From Spirochaetota bacterium (GTDB lineage Bacteria; Spirochaetota; UBA6919; CBDBPB01), in contig CBDBPB010000009.1 in assembly GCA_965208615.1 (NCBI GenBank), positions 53,931-117,930 on the forward strand: a stretch of DNA of 64,000 nt, read 5' to 3'. Below the pieces are notes generated by a model. It was given only the letters and a program-made list of their open reading frames with translations, was not told the DNA's origin and did not search any database. Made by a program: the position numbers and the translations under genes. This document shows positions 59,603 through 64,000 of the stretch, piece after piece. Positions within the stretch are counted from its first letter, which is position 1, and each line of letters starts with the position of its first letter.

Positions 59603-60511
59603 CTATTCTAAATATCTAAACTCTTCTATCGCAACATTAACACAACTTTTATCAAATAAACTAACCCTTGCCATAAGATATCTACTAATATCTGTAAAAC
59701 TTCTTACATAGTCAGTTAGTCCACCGCTTAAAAGGTGTTCAAATTCGTTACACAAAATAACTATCCTTGATTGTATGTCAAGTTGATTATTACTAAGTTT
59801 AGCAGGAAAGCCTGATCCATCAATACGCTCTTCGTGGCTTAGGACTATTTTTAATATTTCTACATCAAATTTATGTTTGGCACTATCCCTTTTTAGTATA
59901 ATATAGCCATTAAATGGATGCTCTCTAAAAGTAATATCTTTTTCAAAGTTCTTATCTTTTCTTTTTACATTAGTTAACTCTTTTGTAGAAGATAAATATC
60001 CCAAGTCATGAAGGATGGCTCCAAAAAATATATGTTCTAGCCGTATGCTGTCAATCAAGCCGTTATTATGACGCTTTTGCCATGCCATATCAACAATAAG
60101 AGATAAAATAGCTACATTTATGGAGTGTAAAAACAACGAATTAGAAAACTTTTTTATATGCATAAGAGCAAAGCTAACATAATCACTATGGGGATATATA
60201 TTATCAATAATTTTACTAGTTTGCTTACGCTTACTGGCATTCATATTTTTATAATATGAGTGTTCATAAAGTATTGTTTTTATCTCTTTTAATAAAGCTT
60301 TTTTAATCTCGGGTGATATAAACGAGTCTTCGGCATCCTGTACTTCTATGGTTGACCCTATAATCTTATTGGCAATACGCTTAAGGTCTTCTACGGATAA
60401 TACTTTACCCTTTGTAATTAATATTACCCCTTCTCCGTATAAATCCTTTACAAGGCTTAGCCTTTTTCCTAGATGAACAAGCTCTCTTAACTGATCAAGG
60501 CTTACCCTCAT
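59603..60511 (-). CDS. HD-GYP domain protein (partly degenerate)
   Basis: LHSINV, ILHDLG, EHP, SHEERIDGSGFP. Confidence 0.85.
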   Translation of the reverse strand: MRVSLDQLRELVHLGKRLSLVKDLYGEGVILITKGKVLSVEDLKRIANKIIGSTIEVQDAEDSFISPEIKKALLKEIKTILYEHSYYKNMNASKRKQTSKIIDNIYPHSDYVSFALMHIKKFSNSLFLHSINVAILSLIVDMAWQKRHNNGLIDSIRLEHIFFGAILHDLGYLSSTKELTNVKRKDKNFEKDITFREHPFNGYIILKRDSAKHKFDVEILKIVLSHEERIDGSGFPAKLSNNQLDIQSRIVILCNEFEHLLSGGLTDYVRSFTDISRYLMARVSLFDKSCVNVAIEEFRYLE

Positions 60512-60723
60512 AACCTCTCTCTTTTTTAGAATAAAATAAACAACTTTTTATTACTATTAAAATAAATATAAGTTAACTAACTTATCAAATATTTTTGATG
60601 ATTTTAATATAATGTACTAATAAATAATTTACTATATTATAGTAACACTTTTAATTAGAATATAATACAATGTTATTAAACACTCTATAGCTTAATTTAT
60701 AAACTATAACTAAAATTAAATAT

Positions 60724-62574
60724 ATGATATATCCAAAACATTATAACGCTATTATAGTAGGTGCAGGACATTCAGGGCTAGAAGCCGCACTCATTATGGC
60801 AAAACAAAAAATAGATACCCTAATTATAACTATGTCTGCTGATAGTATTGCAAAGATGTCTTGTAATCCAGCTATAGGAGGTCTGGCTAAAGGACATTTA
60901 GTTAGAGAAATTGATGCCCTTGGTGGTGAAATGGCTAAAACCATTGATAAAACCGGTATACAGTTTAGAATGCTAAATACTAAAAAAGGTCCTGCTGTAT
61001 GGGCTCCAAGAGCCCAGGCCGATAAAAAGGCGTATCAAGATAGAATGAAGCTTGTTCTAGAACAACAAGATCACCTGGATATAGTCCAAGATACTGTTGC
61101 CGACATCATAGTAGAAAATAAAAAACTAAAAGGCCTTATAACTGAAAGAGGGGTTACATATAAAACTGATATTGCCATTATCACAACTGGTACATTCCTA
61201 AAAGCACTAATCCACATAGGAAACTATAAACAAAAAGCTGGCAGAATGGGGGATTTATCTTCTGAACACTTATCCAGCTCACTTAAAAACATCGGATTCG
61301 AACTAGGAAGACTAAAAACTGGTACACCAGCAAGAATAAACATTAACAGCATAGACTTCTCTAAAATAGAAAAACAAGCAAATATAGATTACGGCTTTTC
61401 CTTTTCCCACTTTACTAAAACACCACCAAAAAACCTAATACACTGCTTTATAACATATACCAATAAAAAAACTCATAAAATAATAATAGATAATATAGAC
61501 AGATCACCATTATACTCAGGTCAGATTAGTGGTATTGGTCCAAGATATTGTCCCTCAATCGAGGATAAAGTAGTTAGATTTGCTGATAAAGATAGACATC
61601 AGCTATTCTTAGAGCCAGAAGGCCTTAATACCAATGAAGTATATATTAATGGTTTGTCATCATCTTTACCAGAGGATGTCCAATATAATTTAATACGCTC
61701 AATTGCAGGCCTTGAATCCGCTAAAATAATAAGAATGGGTTATGCCGTAGAATATGACTTTTCTAATCCCAATCAGCTAATGCCAACGTTAGAGACTAAA
61801 CTAATAGAAAACTTATATTTCGCAGGACAAATAAACGGTACGAGCGGCTACGAAGAAGCCGCTGCACAAGGAATTATGGCTGGTATTAATGCATCACTAA
61901 AATTAAAAGCTAAAAATCCCTTTATAATAGACCGATCAGAAGGCTATATCGGCGTTCTAATAGACGACCTTATTACAAAAGGCGCATCCGAACCCTATAG
62001 AATGTTTACCTCTCGTGCCGAGTATAGGTTAAATCTTAGGTATGATAACGCTGATGAACGATTATTACATTATGGATATAGTTTAGGTTTAATAAATACA
62101 GAATATTATAGCCAGTTTAAAACTAAAATGACTAACATACAAAAAGGTGTATCCTTTATCAAGTCAAAGTTCATAAACAAAACTGACCTTGATAACTTTA
62201 AATACTACAAAGAAAAAAAACTAAGTTCAGGTATAGGTCTAAATACCATCATAAAAAGAAATGATATATTGCTAAAAGATATTGCCAGCCTATATAACGA
62301 ACTAAGCTGTCTTAGTTCGGATGAGCTAAAGCAAGTTGAGATACAGTGTAAGTATGAAGGATATATAGTAAAGCAGATTGATCAGATAAATAAGTTTAAG
62401 AAGCTTGAAAATAAAACAATACCCAAAGATATAGACTACGATAAACTTAATGGATTACTGAATGAGGCAAGAGAAAAGCTTAAAAAAATACGCCCTCACT
62501 CTGTTGGACAGGCTATTAGAATATCGGGAGTAAATCCAACAGATATAGCTATTTTAATTGCATATCTTAAATAG
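60724..62574 (+). CDS. mnmG: tRNA uridine-5-carboxymethylaminomethyl(34) synthesis enzyme MnmG
   Basis: GAGHSGLEAA, MSCNPAIGG, RLKTGTP, GPRYCPSIEDK, AGQINGTSGYEEAAAQG. Confidence 0.99.
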   Translation: MIYPKHYNAIIVGAGHSGLEAALIMAKQKIDTLIITMSADSIAKMSCNPAIGGLAKGHLVREIDALGGEMAKTIDKTGIQFRMLNTKKGPAVWAPRAQADKKAYQDRMKLVLEQQDHLDIVQDTVADIIVENKKLKGLITERGVTYKTDIAIITTGTFLKALIHIGNYKQKAGRMGDLSSEHLSSSLKNIGFELGRLKTGTPARININSIDFSKIEKQANIDYGFSFSHFTKTPPKNLIHCFITYTNKKTHKIIIDNIDRSPLYSGQISGIGPRYCPSIEDKVVRFADKDRHQLFLEPEGLNTNEVYINGLSSSLPEDVQYNLIRSIAGLESAKIIRMGYAVEYDFSNPNQLMPTLETKLIENLYFAGQINGTSGYEEAAAQGIMAGINASLKLKAKNPFIIDRSEGYIGVLIDDLITKGASEPYRMFTSRAEYRLNLRYDNADERLLHYGYSLGLINTEYYSQFKTKMTNIQKGVSFIKSKFINKTDLDNFKYYKEKKLSSGIGLNTIIKRNDILLKDIASLYNELSCLSSDELKQVEIQCKYEGYIVKQIDQINKFKKLENKTIPKDIDYDKLNGLLNEAREKLKKIRPHSVGQAIRISGVNPTDIAILIAYLK

Positions 62575-63648
62575 CATAATATTTATGTATATGGTCAACT
62601 ACTAAGCTAATCATCTCATCAGTTAGCTCAGGAAATATAGGTAGAGATAATACCTCACCCTGATATTTATAACATATAGGAAAATCATCCGTACTATGAT
62701 TTAAATAATCATAAGCTTTACTAAATGGTATGGCACTTGGATAGTGTATAGCTGTAGAAATACCCTTTTTATTAAGGTAGTCCTTAAGGCCATCACGATC
62801 CCTAACCCTTATAACATAACAATTGAATACATGATCATCCCTAATTTTGGGTGTGACTAAACCTTTAAGCAATTTATTATATTTAAGAGCATTTTCATAT
62901 CTCATTTTATTCCACTTAAGTATATAGTTTAATTTTACGGATAATATTGCCCCTTGTATCCCATCCATACGGCTGTTTATACCATGTTGATTCGTATTTA
63001 AAACTCCGTGATTAGCATATATCCTAATTTTCTTAGCTAAAATATCATCATTGGTTATTATTGCTCCAGCATCACCGTATGCACCAAGGTTTTTAGAGGG
63101 ATAAAAACTAAAAGTACCAGCTATACCAAAAGTTCCTACTATTTGCTTGTTATACCTGGCAAAGTGTGCTTGAGCACAGTCCTCAATTAGATAAATATTA
63201 TGGTTTTTACATATACTATTAATCTTATCTAAAGGTGCAGGCTGACCATATAAATGAACTACTAATACGGCTCTAGTTCTTTTAGTAATCTTATTTTCTA
63301 TTTCGCTAACTTTAATATTATAGTAATCAGGATCAATATCAACAAATACAGGCCTTGCACCAGTATTACTAATAGCTTCAGCAGTAGATATCCAACTAAA
63401 TGCAGTGGTTATTACCTCATCACCACTAGCAATTCCAAGAGCCTTTAGAGTTATGTATATAGCATCAGTACCATTAGCCACACTAATACAATGTTTTATT
63501 CCATATTTTTTAGCGTAGTCCTTTTCAAAACTGTTTATATAATCACCCTTAATAAAAGCTCCCTCGTTAATAACTTTCTGAATTATACTGTCTATCTGGG
63601 TTTTAATACTATTATATTGACTAGTCAGATCAACAAAGGTATTTTCAT
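62567..63648 (-). CDS. DegT/DnrJ/EryC1/StrS PLP-dependent sugar aminotransferase; 1-nt frameshift after codon 4
   Basis: NGTDA, EDCAQAH, FSFYPSKNLGAYGDAG, LSLPIFP. The frame extends upstream as FVDLTSQY..., but ATG 63648 (MKIP) is one base out of frame. Confidence 0.88.
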
Positions 63649-63652
63649 AATA

Positions 63653-64000
63653 TTAACCCCTAGATAATACTTTTACCACTTCTAAAATATGATTAATACC
63701 TGTTATACACTCTTTGTTATTCGTAATGCAATCATAAAAATGCTCAAGCTCAACCCTAAGAGGCTCACTTAAATCAACCTCGGGATATAAAACCTCACAA
63801 CCCCCCAATGAGTTAATACTTTTATTATATACAGCAATCTTATTTTCAGCTATATCATCAAATACAACCATCTTTTTAGAACCAACAACAGTAAGCTTAG
63901 ATGTCTTCTGTAGATCAAGACTACTAACCTGGATATTTGCCATAATATCGTTAAATTCCATGTTAACAAAAGCAACATCATAAACATCCCCCTTTTATAT
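63653..64000 (-). CDS. Gfo/Idh/MocA family oxidoreductase, C-terminal part (truncated by window end)
   Basis: LTVVGSKKMVVFDD and EPLRVELEHFYDCI, typical of sugar dehydrogenases that precede DegT genes. Confidence 0.8.

Noticed and set aside
1593-60944. Many short ORFs antisense to or nested in real genes (e.g. 1593-1940, 8389-8856, 19796-20161, 31345-31863, 53502-53939, 55706-56044)
   Set aside because: They are shadow frames of well-supported genes with no RBS or recognisable motif.
1-64000. CRISPR array, IS element, prophage, intein or alternative genetic code
   Set aside because: No spaced direct repeats or transposase/phage motifs seen; recA and dnaE are normal length; conserved genes translate fully in code 11.

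Overview
Very AT-rich bacterial chromosome segment, most likely from a spirochaete. The evidence is an FlcA-like flagellar-collar protein, a TPR-Mrr protein, a Leptospira-type LRR protein, spirochaete-style lipoproteins and strong strand asymmetry. Most of the window is housekeeping: an RNase II-family gene, aroA, thiL, recA, argC, suhB, a GH57 branching enzyme, carA, obgE, cbiQO, cheW, dnaE, cca, mnmG and three tRNAs (Asn, Cys, Leu) without encoded CCA. I saw no CRISPR array, transposase, integrase or prophage. Most notable observations: (1) a candidate ~100-nt minus-strand sRNA upstream of flcA whose C-rich terminator loop is a perfect 12-nt complement of the RBS of a putative sigma28-driven gene 11.7 kb away; (2) a two-gene operon encoding an HgdC-type ATP-dependent activator and a miniature three-Cys HgdAB-like protein of unknown function; (3) an ArsS radical SAM / CMD pair without ArsM; (4) an orphan PduT-like microcompartment shell protein that lacks its Fe-S Cys; (5) several apparently inactive signalling enzymes; (6) a probable ATA start in aroA and frameshifts at short homopolymers, which may be assembly errors. 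All calls are from motif recognition by eye; no searches were run.
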